A stretch of 64,000 nt of DNA, taken from assembly GCA_965230935.1 (NCBI GenBank), contig OZ246400.1:566359-630358 (forward strand). Reading direction: 5' to 3'. This document shows, piece after piece, positions 11,046 to 22,062 of this stretch. The position numbers and the translations under genes were made by a program. This DNA is from an uncultured Gammaproteobacteria bacterium (lineage in GTDB: Bacteria; Patescibacteriota; Patescibacteriia; Magasanikbacterales; JBBTQS01). The notes beneath the pieces were generated by a model that saw nothing but the letters and a program-made list of their open reading frames with translations, ran no database searches and was not told the origin of the DNA. The first letter of the stretch is position 1; every line of letters starts with the position of its first letter.

Positions 11046-13613
11046 ATGCGAAGAATTCGATACAAAAAAGGCAAAGAACGATTTGATGGAGATCTTTCTC
11101 ATTTAGGTGAGACAAATACTGATTGGTTTATGCCGCCAGTAAGTGTCATGGAAACGGAGAGAAAAACCGGAGCACAACTTCCTCCAGAAACCTGGGATGC
11201 ACTTACGCAAATTTATAAAAGCGAAGGTAAAGATGCAATGATGTTGCAGATTCTTAAATTGGATAATAAAAACCTTCTTTCCAGCGAATTTAAAGGGTGG
11301 CTGAAAAATGACAAACTTTTCCCAACTGAGCAATGGCAAAAAGAATATGCCGCAAGAATAGCCGCTGAGCGAGAAGCGGCGGAGCCAACACCTGAGCCAG
11401 CGACTGGGACAGTTGAACCATCTCCAGCGCTTCCGGCACATGAACCGGATCCTGATCCTACACCAGATCCAGCAGCACCGCCGGCGCCTACCCCTCCTGC
11501 ACCAACTCCCCCTACGCCAGATCCAACTCCCGATCCTGCACCAACACCAGACCCAACTCCTCCTCCAGCACCTGACACGAGTGGTGAGAAAAAACCTGAC
11601 AGTACCGTTGGGGTAACTCCTGAGGCACTCGATAAGGCACGCGAAAAACACGAAGAAGCAGAACAAGCTCTTGTGGCGATTCAAGAAGCGCACCAAGAGA
11701 TGAAACGACAATATGGTGAAAAAGAAGACGAACTGGTTCAAATAAAAACAGACCACGAAGAGGCTAGGAATGCATATCAAGAAGCGCGTCGTGATTTTGA
11801 ACAGGCGAAAAAAGCCGCCAAACTTGATGGAAAAACTACCATCACACAAAAAGGCAAAAAGGGAGGGACAACTTCAAAAGAAGTCACAAAATATCGTGCC
11901 ATGACTTTGGAATTGCGCGAAAAGCGTCTCAAACTCCGTGCACTTAAACGCAAAAAGCCAAAAGCAAGAAGCGCTGATGAAAACAAGGAAGTACGAGAAC
12001 TCACTGCTGAAATCAGTAAGCTTGAAACAGACTACAAAGATGTCATTGCATCGGCAAAAATAAACGCAGCAAAGAGTGATGCAGAGAAAGCACTTTTCGA
12101 TCAACGTAAAGAACTTGAAGAAGCACTGAGACAAGCAAGTGATTTCATCTCGGAATTTGAAAAGAATGAACTTGCTCAAGCAGTCCATGAAGAAGCAGAA
12201 GCACGTGCTCGTCTTGAAGACCTCCAAAGTCGGGGTACTACACCTGATCCAGCGCCAGAACCAACTCCTGATCCTCCTACACCTGATCCAGCGCCAGAAC
12301 CAACAAAACCTTCGTCGCCTTCACCCGAGCCTGAGCCAACGCCGCCACCTGCAGAGCCGGAACCCGCTCCCCCAACACCCGAACCAGAACCTGCTCCTCC
12401 CGCATCTGATCCAGAACCTGAACCCACTCCAGAGCCAGCACCAGCCGGTTCTCCTGATGCACCAGCAGAACCAGAGCCAGCAGCAGCAGAAACTGAACAA
12501 AACTCAAAAGAAGCATTCGAAGCATATAAAGCAGCACATCCTGACGATGCAAAAGTCATGGATAAAATTCTGGGACGCGTGCGTAAAGGAAATGTTGTTA
12601 AGGCAAATCAGTTGAAAAAACTGAGCGATGAGGCAGTGGCCTTCTTACTTCTTTACGATGCAATAGAGATTGCTGATGATGGTACTCGTGCAATTCACTA
12701 CGACCAATACGAAGCCATGGGACGTGGGGATGGCAAAAGAGTAGATACTGCTGATGCACCTGCCGCTGAACCTGAACCAGAACCAACAGCAACTACAGCT
12801 ACTGAATCAGAGCCTGCTGCTCCAAAGCCAACGCTTTATGAGCAATACCAAACCACCATTGCAGCAAATCCAAAAGACGTTGAATTACTGCAATATGTAT
12901 ATGATCGTTTCACAAACAGTTCTGACCCAGATGTACTAAACGAAACAGTGGAAAAACTACTCAACGAAGGAAGCGACGACTTGATGCTTGTCCTTGCCGA
13001 AGCAAAAGCAATCACAATGACCATCCCAAATCCTGATGATCCTGATGATGTTGAATACAATATGGATTCCACGCGTGGCTTTGTGAAATTCTTAAATGAT
13101 ATGGATATAGAAACACGCGAAAAAACAGACGAACAAAAAGATAACGTACGCGCAGAGCTACTCACCTATATCACTGATCTCCCTCTTACGTATATGAGTG
13201 GTGAGAAAAAACAAGAATGGACCAAGCGACTCCTTCTTGAGGATGACCCGAGTCCGGAAGCAGATATTGGGAGCGCTGCCCATTTTGATATGATCAGTAA
13301 TCCTGAAGAGCTTACTGCGCTTTTAGATGAAATTCTAGCATCGTTTGAGCCTAATGGTGAGCGAGATAAGATTGTCGACGAAGAAGAAGCACGATTCCAT
13401 GCACTTGAACAGCTCGCAAAAGATATCGCAAATATCGAAATCCTCTACCCTCGACCTGGCGATCCATTTCGTGACATGATCTATGATCAAAGCAGTGAAG
13501 AAGCACATTCTGCACAGCCAAAAGGAGCTATTGTCTCTGTTGAAAAGCCAGGGTATCGAAACAGAACCACTGGAAATGTTATCCGAGCAGCGCAAGTAAA
13601 AGTCGCCGCATAA
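11046..13613 (+). CDS. Large Pro/Glu-rich low-complexity protein with PEPTPDP linker repeats and coiled-coil segments; unknown function
   Basis: Start at MRRIRYKK, preceded by tgtggTACAAT. Two blocks of (P-[DE]-P-[TA]-P)n repeats flank a coiled-coil region. Confidence 0.5.
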   Translation: MRRIRYKKGKERFDGDLSHLGETNTDWFMPPVSVMETERKTGAQLPPETWDALTQIYKSEGKDAMMLQILKLDNKNLLSSEFKGWLKNDKLFPTEQWQKEYAARIAAEREAAEPTPEPATGTVEPSPALPAHEPDPDPTPDPAAPPAPTPPAPTPPTPDPTPDPAPTPDPTPPPAPDTSGEKKPDSTVGVTPEALDKAREKHEEAEQALVAIQEAHQEMKRQYGEKEDELVQIKTDHEEARNAYQEARRDFEQAKKAAKLDGKTTITQKGKKGGTTSKEVTKYRAMTLELREKRLKLRALKRKKPKARSADENKEVRELTAEISKLETDYKDVIASAKINAAKSDAEKALFDQRKELEEALRQASDFISEFEKNELAQAVHEEAEARARLEDLQSRGTTPDPAPEPTPDPPTPDPAPEPTKPSSPSPEPEPTPPPAEPEPAPPTPEPEPAPPASDPEPEPTPEPAPAGSPDAPAEPEPAAAETEQNSKEAFEAYKAAHPDDAKVMDKILGRVRKGNVVKANQLKKLSDEAVAFLLLYDAIEIADDGTRAIHYDQYEAMGRGDGKRVDTADAPAAEPEPEPTATTATESEPAAPKPTLYEQYQTTIAANPKDVELLQYVYDRFTNSSDPDVLNETVEKLLNEGSDDLMLVLAEAKAITMTIPNPDDPDDVEYNMDSTRGFVKFLNDMDIETREKTDEQKDNVRAELLTYITDLPLTYMSGEKKQEWTKRLLLEDDPSPEADIGSAAHFDMISNPEELTALLDEILASFEPNGERDKIVDEEEARFHALEQLAKDIANIEILYPRPGDPFRDMIYDQSSEEAHSAQPKGAIVSVEKPGYRNRTTGNVIRAAQVKVAA

Positions 13614-13621
13614 CTACTCAT

Positions 13622-13653
13622 CAAAAAACCCCGGAATATTCCGGGGTTTTTTG
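13622..13653. terminator. Bidirectional intrinsic terminator
   Basis: aaaaaACCCCGGaatattCCGGGGTTtttt sits between two convergent genes. Confidence 0.7.
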
Positions 13654-13665
13654 ATTTTGCATAAT

Positions 13666-15414
13666 CTACGTGCGCGCAGTATTATGCGCGATCATTTTTT
13701 GCACAAAATCCTCTTTACTCAAACTCAATTGCTCTTCCTGTCCTCGCACACGCACTTGCCAATCACCACCAGCAACTTCTTTGTCTCCTACAATTACTAC
13801 ATAGGGTACCTTGCGTTGCGATGCAACACGAACCTTCTTTCCAACACTTTCATCACTCACATCAGCATGGACACGAATACCCTGCGTGCGCAATTCATCT
13901 GCCCATTGGGGCACTACGTCCTTGTGATCTTCACCAACTGAAGCCAGCACTACCTGCACTGGCGCAAACCATACTGGAAACGCACCGGCATGATGTTCAA
14001 TAATAATCGATAAGAATCGCTCGATCGATCCCATGATCGCCGCATGGATCATCACCACGCGCTCCTTTTCTCCATTCTCGTCTACACAGGTAAGATCGAA
14101 ACGCTCTGGGAGATTCATATCAAGCTGAATAGTTGCTACTTGCCACTCGCGGCCAATAGAATCATGCGCCATAAAATCGATCTTTGGCCCATAAAACGCC
14201 GCTTCGCCAATCGCTTCTTGCGCCTCTACTCCTTTTTGCGCAACCACCTCACGCAATTGCTGTTGTGCACTTTCCCATAATGCAGCATCGCCAAGATATT
14301 TTTCTGGTTGCTGCGGATCATAAAATGATAATCGAACAGACAAATCCTCAAACCCAACAGCGCGATAAAAATCATTCACAATATCCCAAATGGCAAGCAT
14401 CTCGGATGCGACTTGAGAATGTCGACAAAATACATGCGCATCATCCTGCGTGAATGACCGCACGCGTGATAGCCCATGAAGCTCACCAGTTTGCTCATCA
14501 CGATAACACATGGTGGTATTGGCATATCGCTGTGGCATATCGCGATAACTAAACTGTCGGCGCGCAAATAACTGCGTGTGATGTGGGCAGTTCATCGGCT
14601 TCATAGCAAACTCATGTCCTTCACGAGTGGTGATACGAAACAACTCGTCACTAAATTTTTGCCAATGCCCACTCGTCTCGTACAAGTCCTTTTTGGTAAT
14701 ATGTGGGATTTCGACTCGCTCATACCCTTTTGCCCGACGCAACTCCCATACATACTCATCAAGCACATGGCGCATACGCGTACCATGCGGAGTCCACAGC
14801 GGCAACCCCGGTCCAACTAAATCAGAAAACGTAAACAAATCTAACTCCTGTCCTAACTTTCGATGATCACGCTTCTTGGCTTCCGCTAACATTTGTAGAT
14901 GGGTCTTCAGTGCCTTGGCAGACGGGAAACAAGTTCCATAAATACGCGTGAGCATTTTATTGTTTTCATCCCCTCGCCAATATGCTCCAGCAACTGAAAG
15001 GAGTGTGAAGTTCTGTAAATCCTTTTGTGGATTTCCACTGTGTCCACCCTTGCACAAATCTAAAAAGTCACCCGGGTCATTTACTGTGATGGTCTTCCCC
15101 TCTTGAGCAAACTCCTCAAGAAGTTCCAGCTTGTATGGATTATCGGCAAATGCCTTACGTGCCTCTTCAAGGCTCACCTCACGCTCTGCAAACGGTCCCC
15201 ACTTGGCTAACATTTCGCGCATGCGCTTTTCGATTTTAGGCAAATCGTCTTCAGAAACGCTATGATCACCAAAATCAAAGTCTTGATAAAATCCCGTATC
15301 AATCGACGGACCAATTGCATTATGGGTTCCTGGCCACAAATCCTTTACTGCTGCCGCAAGAAGATGCGCACAAGAATGACGAAGGCTGGCGAGTTGCTCT
15401 GATGATTCTTTCAT
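13666..15414 (-). CDS. thrS: Threonyl-tRNA synthetase (lacks the N-terminal TGS domain)
   Basis: LRHSCAHLLAAAVKDLWPGT (editing-domain motif) plus class II core motifs. Start at MKESSEQ. Confidence 0.8.
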   Translation of the reverse strand: MKESSEQLASLRHSCAHLLAAAVKDLWPGTHNAIGPSIDTGFYQDFDFGDHSVSEDDLPKIEKRMREMLAKWGPFAEREVSLEEARKAFADNPYKLELLEEFAQEGKTITVNDPGDFLDLCKGGHSGNPQKDLQNFTLLSVAGAYWRGDENNKMLTRIYGTCFPSAKALKTHLQMLAEAKKRDHRKLGQELDLFTFSDLVGPGLPLWTPHGTRMRHVLDEYVWELRRAKGYERVEIPHITKKDLYETSGHWQKFSDELFRITTREGHEFAMKPMNCPHHTQLFARRQFSYRDMPQRYANTTMCYRDEQTGELHGLSRVRSFTQDDAHVFCRHSQVASEMLAIWDIVNDFYRAVGFEDLSVRLSFYDPQQPEKYLGDAALWESAQQQLREVVAQKGVEAQEAIGEAAFYGPKIDFMAHDSIGREWQVATIQLDMNLPERFDLTCVDENGEKERVVMIHAAIMGSIERFLSIIIEHHAGAFPVWFAPVQVVLASVGEDHKDVVPQWADELRTQGIRVHADVSDESVGKKVRVASQRKVPYVVIVGDKEVAGGDWQVRVRGQEEQLSLSKEDFVQKMIAHNTART

Positions 15415-15479
15415 ACTGATAAAGACAAAGTGTACGGTACTCACCGTACACTATTTTTGACTCTTGCGTCAACGCATTG

Positions 15480-16883
15480 CTACAGCAACGGTGCCTCTAC
15501 TGTGCTTGACGACATTGTATCTTCTTCATCAAATGGAATCTGCTCGATCGTCACACCAACGGTTCCGCCAACTTTCGGTACTTTATGCACCCAGTATGGG
15601 AAAAACTCCACTTGCACCCCAATATGATCAATACCATCTAACAACTCCACATCTTGGATAATACTAAACTGACTTTTGCCAAAAAATTGCTCCACTGAAA
15701 ACTGAGGTGATGATTCAACCAATACCTTTGGCATTTGTTCAAATAATGACAATTGTGCGCGGCCGGTTTCTAAATCATATGACTCCACACGAACCGTAAG
15801 CAGACTTGGATCATACCCAAGCTGGAGATACTCAGGAATTGCCTCTTGATTAAGCTGTGCGCGTACCAACTCTTGGAGTTCTTCTTTTTGATATCGAACC
15901 ACAACGGCATTTGCCTTACCTTTCAACGTCAATTCTTGCACTTCGTCACCAATCTCGGCACTGCGCTCAATGCTCAGTGAATCCAGCGTTACAATAAATG
16001 TATCAAGGTGTGATTGTGCCTCCACTTCTTCTTGCTCAATAAGGCCGGTAGCATAACTGACCAGCTGCTCACGCATATCTGATTCTGCATCTTGCATGTC
16101 TTGCGCTGCAATCACGCCACGCTCAATCAAGCCACCAATAAACGGTTCAGTATTTTTGGCATAGATCTTTTTTTGCAGTGGCTCCCACAACCCTGGAATC
16201 GTAAATTCGGTAGGATCGATTGCAAATTCATCACCATCCTGATCAGCATAGATTTCCACATCAGTAACCTCACCCCCTGCCGGTACCACCACTCCATTAC
16301 TCAAACGATATAACTTACCATCCGGAGACAACAAGCGCGTTGTCTTCACCAATGGTTGATCTTTGGTGTGGTTGTTAATAATGGTAACAGTTCCGCTCAC
16401 CGGTACTTCAACCTGCTCACGACCTTGTGGCGCATACCGATTACTTAACACCACTTCGCGAACCTCCACAGTGCCGGCGATCGTCTTTTCGTCCACACGC
16501 TCAGGCGCCAACTGAATCACATCGGCGTAGGTAAACAGCTCAGGAATATAACTGAGCGTAATGGTCGCACGACGGACTGACGTAAAAAAGATCGCTGCAA
16601 ACAACACGACAGTTAACACAAAAAAGCCAACGGCGATTTTGCGATACATGCCAACCTGAGGTGACTCATTATGGATAAACGCCCCATCACTCATGGTTTG
16701 CAAAACTACAGTCTTACGTGGGCTTGCAACCGGAGCTTTTGCTGCCGGCTTACGTACCGCTCGCTTGCGTGTGGTGCTGACCTTTGTCGCGGTCGTCTTC
16801 TTTACACCACGCTTGGCACTTGTAGCTTTCTTCTTTGCACCACTTGGTTTCTTTTTAGTTGTCGACTTCTTAGCTGTTGGCAT
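15480..16883 (-). CDS. Hypothetical protein with Lys-rich N-terminus and one TM segment
   Basis: ORF only. Immediately upstream of pilB on the same strand. Confidence 0.4.
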   Translation of the reverse strand: MPTAKKSTTKKKPSGAKKKATSAKRGVKKTTATKVSTTRKRAVRKPAAKAPVASPRKTVVLQTMSDGAFIHNESPQVGMYRKIAVGFFVLTVVLFAAIFFTSVRRATITLSYIPELFTYADVIQLAPERVDEKTIAGTVEVREVVLSNRYAPQGREQVEVPVSGTVTIINNHTKDQPLVKTTRLLSPDGKLYRLSNGVVVPAGGEVTDVEIYADQDGDEFAIDPTEFTIPGLWEPLQKKIYAKNTEPFIGGLIERGVIAAQDMQDAESDMREQLVSYATGLIEQEEVEAQSHLDTFIVTLDSLSIERSAEIGDEVQELTLKGKANAVVVRYQKEELQELVRAQLNQEAIPEYLQLGYDPSLLTVRVESYDLETGRAQLSLFEQMPKVLVESSPQFSVEQFFGKSQFSIIQDVELLDGIDHIGVQVEFFPYWVHKVPKVGGTVGVTIEQIPFDEEDTMSSSTVEAPLL

Positions 16884-16904
16884 ATTTCCTCCTAATTTTC
16901 TCTA

Positions 16905-18611
16905 TTATACTGCGACACGGAACACTTCATCAAGCGAGGTAATTCCTTTGCTTGCTTTTACCACACCATCTGTAACCATAGGAACCATTCCATCAGCAAT
17001 GGCGATCTGCATCAAATGATGTTCAGCAACATCATTGTTGGTAATGGCATCTTTAACGGCATCGCTCATCACCATGACTTCAAAAATTCCCATGCGTCCT
17101 TTATATCCAATGCCATCACACGTCTCACACCCCTTCTCAGTTGATGTGAACCACGTGGCACCATCGATATCGACCTGTACACCGCTTGCAGGATTAATCT
17201 CACTGATCATTTGATTTACTTTTTCAAGCTGCTCTGGCGTTGGTGTGGTTGGCTGTTTACACTGCTCACAAAGTCGACGCACCAACCGCTGGCCCATAAT
17301 CAAATTCAGCGCGGGAGATAATAAAAAGGATTTTACTCCCATGGAAACAAAACGCGCAATCGCCCCCGGCGCGCTATTGGTATGAATCGTGGAGAGCAAC
17401 AAATGTCCGGTAAGTGACGCTTGAATTGCAATTTCTGCGGTTTCCAGATCACGAATTTCTCCAACTAGTACGATGTCCGGGTCTTGACGCAAAATCGAAC
17501 GCAACCCTTTAGCAAACGTGTACCCTTGTGTCCCATCGATCTGACTTTGCGAAATCCCTTCCAGTTTATATTCGATTGGATCTTCCAACGTAATAATCTT
17601 GACATCGGGTTGATTAAGGTGACGCAAAATCGTATATAACGTCGTGGTTTTACCGGACCCAGTTGGACCGGTGGTAATGATCATTCCATTTGGACGTGCT
17701 ACTGCTGTTTGTAAATTCACAAGCGCTTGATCAGTAACTCCCATGCTTTCCAGTGCCATCCCTTCGGTGAGTGGCCGTAATAATCGCATTACCACTGATT
17801 CGCCAAATGCAGTCGGAATAGTGGAAACACGTACATCAATTTCTTGTCCATCAATCAAAATAGTATATCGGCCATCTTGTGGTTTGTCCGTAATATTAAT
17901 TTTGAGCCCAGACAACAGCTTGATCCGAGAAACAATCCGATGCCATCGTTCACGCTCGACCGTTGCTGCTTCTTGCAAAATACCATCAAGACGAAGGCGA
18001 ACAGCAATACCATCTTTTTCTGCTTCGATATGCACATCAGACGCATTCATATTAACTGCTGAGGCTAATACTACTGCAACAAAATCTGTAACATTCACCT
18101 CATTGACCTTGCCTTGCAACTTCTCAAAAGAGGTGATTTCCTCACGAAAACGCTTCATCATATCTTCGTCAATCTTGACGTCATGAGAAACCTCTTTAAT
18201 TTTTGGAATGGTGTTATATAGCACCAGCACCTTTTCAAGTGATTGCGCAGACATCACATACATTCCTCCTTTACTATGATGGCGCTCTTCAAGTTGATAC
18301 AGTAACTCTTTGATTTCCGGGGCATCAGGATTAACCGCAGCAATTCGAAACGAATCAGGGTCTCGATAAAATGCGACCACTTGCATTTCCTTGGCGTTAG
18401 CCTCATCAATCATCTTAAGTGCCTCGGGCGAAACCGGGAACCGTCGTAAATCAATATACTCCAGGCCTAAAGAAGCGGCCTTTTGTGCCGCCAATTGCTC
18501 GGTCGTATCCTGTGCCATTTTCTGCATCTTCTGTGCAAACTTTTCGGCGACTCCTTGTTGTTGCACTTGGAGCTTGGGACGGTTGGATTGTGTATCCTGC
18601 TCATCAGCCAT
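16905..18611 (-). CDS. pilB: Type IV pilus assembly / type II secretion ATPase (PilB/GspE family)
   Basis: Walker A TGPTGSGKTTTLY, plus GspE N-terminal domain and C-terminal tetracysteine motif. Confidence 0.8.
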   Translation of the reverse strand: MADEQDTQSNRPKLQVQQQGVAEKFAQKMQKMAQDTTEQLAAQKAASLGLEYIDLRRFPVSPEALKMIDEANAKEMQVVAFYRDPDSFRIAAVNPDAPEIKELLYQLEERHHSKGGMYVMSAQSLEKVLVLYNTIPKIKEVSHDVKIDEDMMKRFREEITSFEKLQGKVNEVNVTDFVAVVLASAVNMNASDVHIEAEKDGIAVRLRLDGILQEAATVERERWHRIVSRIKLLSGLKINITDKPQDGRYTILIDGQEIDVRVSTIPTAFGESVVMRLLRPLTEGMALESMGVTDQALVNLQTAVARPNGMIITTGPTGSGKTTTLYTILRHLNQPDVKIITLEDPIEYKLEGISQSQIDGTQGYTFAKGLRSILRQDPDIVLVGEIRDLETAEIAIQASLTGHLLLSTIHTNSAPGAIARFVSMGVKSFLLSPALNLIMGQRLVRRLCEQCKQPTTPTPEQLEKVNQMISEINPASGVQVDIDGATWFTSTEKGCETCDGIGYKGRMGIFEVMVMSDAVKDAITNNDVAEHHLMQIAIADGMVPMVTDGVVKASKGITSLDEVFRVAV

Positions 18612-18619
18612 AGACGTAT

Positions 18620-19609
18620 TTACTTACCAAACGTCAATCGCAATAGTCGTCGAGTGACACTGGTAATTTTTTCTTTTGGTGATCGCAAACGCGTATATAA
18701 GATAGTCCAGGCGCTAATACTAAAGGTACTAAACACACTCCCAATCCATAGAATGAATAACGCGCCAAACACTTTAGATAACAATAACCCAATAATCCAC
18801 AATGCTTTGAGATCAAGTGCTTGAGCTGTGGCAGTGAAAAATCCATACGGGATAAACAAAATCGAGTATCCAGCAAGTGCAATCGCATACACGATAAGTT
18901 CGATAAACAGAATCAGCAATGCCATCTCAAATGAGACGAGCCCATTTTTCCAAAACAGTTTCCACGCGTCAACAAGAGCACGGCCAATATGCTCGTCCTC
19001 AAGAACCACATACATCGAAGCAAAGTTTGCTAAGAATGAAATGACTAATCCTGCGGCAATGGCTACTAAGAACAGCACGATAAAAAGCAGTGCTTGTGCT
19101 GAGGTATATCCATCAGCGATTAGGCTTACCAGTGGAATACCAACTACCCATACCAAAATCACCAGACTGAGTTTCTTTAGCACATTCACCCAAAACACCG
19201 GCCAAAAATGAATAATACCGTGGTGCCATGATGTTTTCAGTGGTTCTCCTTTTTTGCGCTTAAATCGTTTCGCTGCGTGAATGAGCGCACCGGTCGAACC
19301 AACCGCCGCAACAATAATTAAAATTGCAAGCCCAAGGCCGACAATCGCGAGCAACCCATTGCCCAGTGAACCTAAAAGCTTCGAGCCAAAAACTGTTGGA
19401 ATGATGATGGAGGTGACCGGTGAAGCTGGTACTGCAGCCGAAAGTACATTTCCACTAATTTTGTCTGTCAGACTTCCAATAATCTCGAGAACGCCGGTGT
19501 GCCCCACTGCTACCGCAAATAACCCAAACAGCCACAACAACGGATGGTGCCACGTAAAACGCCATGCGTCTTTACACACTGATATGTACAATGGTTTTTT
19601 TCCTTTCAT
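18620..19609 (-). CDS. Polytopic membrane protein, unknown function
   Basis: At least six hydrophobic segments. No recognisable motif. Confidence 0.4.
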   Translation of the reverse strand: MKGKKPLYISVCKDAWRFTWHHPLLWLFGLFAVAVGHTGVLEIIGSLTDKISGNVLSAAVPASPVTSIIIPTVFGSKLLGSLGNGLLAIVGLGLAILIIVAAVGSTGALIHAAKRFKRKKGEPLKTSWHHGIIHFWPVFWVNVLKKLSLVILVWVVGIPLVSLIADGYTSAQALLFIVLFLVAIAAGLVISFLANFASMYVVLEDEHIGRALVDAWKLFWKNGLVSFEMALLILFIELIVYAIALAGYSILFIPYGFFTATAQALDLKALWIIGLLLSKVFGALFILWIGSVFSTFSISAWTILYTRLRSPKEKITSVTRRLLRLTFGK

Positions 19610-19732
19610 ACCCCCTTGTGATTAAAAAATCATGTAGCGTCAGTATACCATATCCTGATGTGCCCAACCTATATTGACAAGCTCGCCTGAGGGCGTAAGA
19701 TGACCTCAAACAACACGACGCAAAGGAGGATC

Positions 19733-20068
19733 ATGCACGTCGGAAAACTGATCGTGATCGCTGATGGCGATGTGATCATCTGGCGCTCAGAAGGGATCGT
19801 GTCGTTTGGTGATCACACCATCCACGAACTGCTCTACGGCTACCGAATCGGCGAGGGCGGACTGTGGGAGATGCTCACCAAGGAGGACGTAACACCGGAG
19901 CGCTTGCGTATGGCTCGCATGGTCGTTTACCTTCGCTTGGGAGGGACACTCATCCCCACCCGCGCCAAGAAAGACAAGACGATCACCTGGGTGAGGCTTG
20001 CAAGTATTGATCGCGACGGCGAGCTCACCTTTCTCACCAACGGCCCGCCGCTACAGCGCCCGCACTAA
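19733..20068 (+). CDS. Hypothetical 111-aa protein in GC-anomalous island A
   Basis: AAGGAGG lies 5 nt before the ATG (MHVGKLIV). TTGACA-N16-TAAGAT promoter at 19674-19701. GC is well above the flanks. Confidence 0.45.
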   Translation: MHVGKLIVIADGDVIIWRSEGIVSFGDHTIHELLYGYRIGEGGLWEMLTKEDVTPERLRMARMVVYLRLGGTLIPTRAKKDKTITWVRLASIDRDGELTFLTNGPPLQRPH

Positions 20069-20113
20069 TCTCAACCGACAACACAACAGCTTCGCGAGGA
20101 CCGCGAAGCTGTT
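20069..20113 (+). repeat. Island A 3' module: CA-rich ACAACACAACAG followed by a perfect 12-bp-stem hairpin
   Basis: tctcaaccgACAACACAACAGCTTCGCGaggacCGCGAAGCTGTT. Confidence 0.6.
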
Positions 20114-20137
20114 CGTATTCTGCGAATCAACGATTAC

Positions 20138-22060
20138 TTATTCCTGCGCTGATTCTTTATCTGATGATTTCTTTTCGCCTTCAGATGTTTGGGGAGGAAG
20201 CGTAAAAGTAAGTTCACCTTTCATGATTTGCTCAAATTCTTCTTGCTCAACATTCTCAACCTCAAGCAAGCGCGCAACCAATGCATCTACCTTCTCTCGC
20301 TGCTCACTCAAAATCTTAGCCGCTCGTCGCTTTCCTTCTTCAAGAATCTCTCGCACCTCAGCATCAATCTTTTGCGCGATATCCTCACTATAATCACGCT
20401 GCTCGTGAATTTCTTTACCCAAGAAAATCATGTCCTGACTTTGCCCATACGTGCGAGGACCAAGCGCATCGCTCATACCATAATCCATGACAATCGAACG
20501 TGCGAGGCGAGTTGCGCTGCGCAAATCGCTTGATGGCCCGGTGGAGATATGATCCTCACCAAAGATCATCTTCTCGATTACATACCCACCAAGCGCAATA
20601 GCGATATCATCATAAAACTCTGCTTTGGTATGAAAGTGCTTATCCTCTGTTGGCATCTTCAGCGTATATCCACCGGCATGACCACGCGCAATAATTGACA
20701 CTTTACGAACCGGATCGGCATGTTCACTAAAGAATCCAACAACCGCATGACCAGCCTCATGATACGCAGTGATTTTGCGCTCTTTATCTGAGATCACATA
20801 ACTTTTGCGTTCTGGCCCAAGGAGTACCTTTTCAATACTGCTTAAGATAGATTTGATGCTAATTGACTTTTTGTCCTGACGAACCGTTGAAATCGCTGCT
20901 TCGTTCATTAAATTTGCAAGATCAGCCCCAGTGAATCCAGGAGTACGCTCTGCCACCTTTCGCAGATCAACTTTTTCATCAAGTGGTTTTTTCTTGGCAT
21001 GAATCTTGAGAATCTCTTCACGGTCATTAATGTTTGGAGGAGCAACCGTTACGCGACGATCAAATCGCCCTGGACGTAACAGCGCTGGGTCAAGCACATC
21101 AGGACGGTTGGTTGCCGCAATCACAATCACGCCGATGTTGGGATCGAATCCATCCATCTCCACCAAGATTTGGTTTAAGGTTTGTTCACGCTCATCATGA
21201 GATCCACCAAGCCCTGCTCCACGACGACGACCAACCGCATCAATCTCATCAATAAACACGATTGCCGGCGCTGCTTTTTTGGCCTTAGAAAACAAATCAC
21301 GAACCCGTGATGCTCCCACACCAACAAACATCTCTACAAACTCAGAGCCAGACATGTGGAAAAATGGAACATTTGCCTCACCAGCTACGGCTTTTGACAA
21401 TAATGTTTTACCGGTTCCTGGTTTCCCCATGAGCAACACTCCTTTTGGAATCTTTGCCCCCATGTCAGTAAAACGCTTTGGGTTCTTCAAGAAATCAACA
21501 ATCTCATCCAGCTCTTCTTTTGCCTCTTTCATTCCAGCAACATCAGCAAACGTTACTTTGTTTTTTGCATCTTGTGCTTGCTCACGTGCAGTAGACTTTC
21601 CAAACATCATGGCACGAGAGTTTGCTCCTTGTACTTGTCGGGAAAGGAAGAAGATAAGAATGAAGATAAGCAGCAATGGCCCCAAGAAGGGTAAAATCAC
21701 GCTACGTAACCAAAACCGCAGTCCTGATTCACTTTGCACCGTGGTTTTAAACCGCAACAATTCCTCAGCAGTGACACCATAGTTGGCCAAAAGGTCAGAA
21801 AGCTTCTCCCCCGGCTCTTTACTCAGCACTTGTGGCACCGGAGTTTGATCATCATCAGGGTTGTCATCACGACGCGTAACCGTGAGACTTGAACCTTCAA
21901 CCAAAATCTCCTCCACCCGGTCTTCACGAATCTCGCTTACCAGTGTTTCGATCCCAATCTCCTCAGGCTCTGCTTTACCAAAATTCGCAAACTGAAACAC
22001 GCTCATGATAACAATCAACACGAGAAGGGTAATTCCAATGTTTTTGAATAAATTCTTCAT
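20138..22060 (-). CDS. ftsH: ATP-dependent zinc metalloprotease FtsH
   Basis: Walker [17 protein letters not shown] region, HEAGHAV zinc motif and two N-terminal TM segments. Confidence 0.85.
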   Translation of the reverse strand: MKNLFKNIGITLLVLIVIMSVFQFANFGKAEPEEIGIETLVSEIREDRVEEILVEGSSLTVTRRDDNPDDDQTPVPQVLSKEPGEKLSDLLANYGVTAEELLRFKTTVQSESGLRFWLRSVILPFLGPLLLIFILIFFLSRQVQGANSRAMMFGKSTAREQAQDAKNKVTFADVAGMKEAKEELDEIVDFLKNPKRFTDMGAKIPKGVLLMGKPGTGKTLLSKAVAGEANVPFFHMSGSEFVEMFVGVGASRVRDLFSKAKKAAPAIVFIDEIDAVGRRRGAGLGGSHDEREQTLNQILVEMDGFDPNIGVIVIAATNRPDVLDPALLRPGRFDRRVTVAPPNINDREEILKIHAKKKPLDEKVDLRKVAERTPGFTGADLANLMNEAAISTVRQDKKSISIKSILSSIEKVLLGPERKSYVISDKERKITAYHEAGHAVVGFFSEHADPVRKVSIIARGHAGGYTLKMPTEDKHFHTKAEFYDDIAIALGGYVIEKMIFGEDHISTGPSSDLRSATRLARSIVMDYGMSDALGPRTYGQSQDMIFLGKEIHEQRDYSEDIAQKIDAEVREILEEGKRRAAKILSEQREKVDALVARLLEVENVEQEEFEQIMKGELTFTLPPQTSEGEKKSSDKESAQE

Positions 22061-22062
22061 AA

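Noticed and set aside
13666-15414. ThrRS lacking the N-terminal TGS domain, considered as a truncation or pseudogene
   Set aside because: The frame is intact with all catalytic and editing motifs. Loss of the N1 domain is a known variation in reduced genomes, so it is reported as a feature note only.
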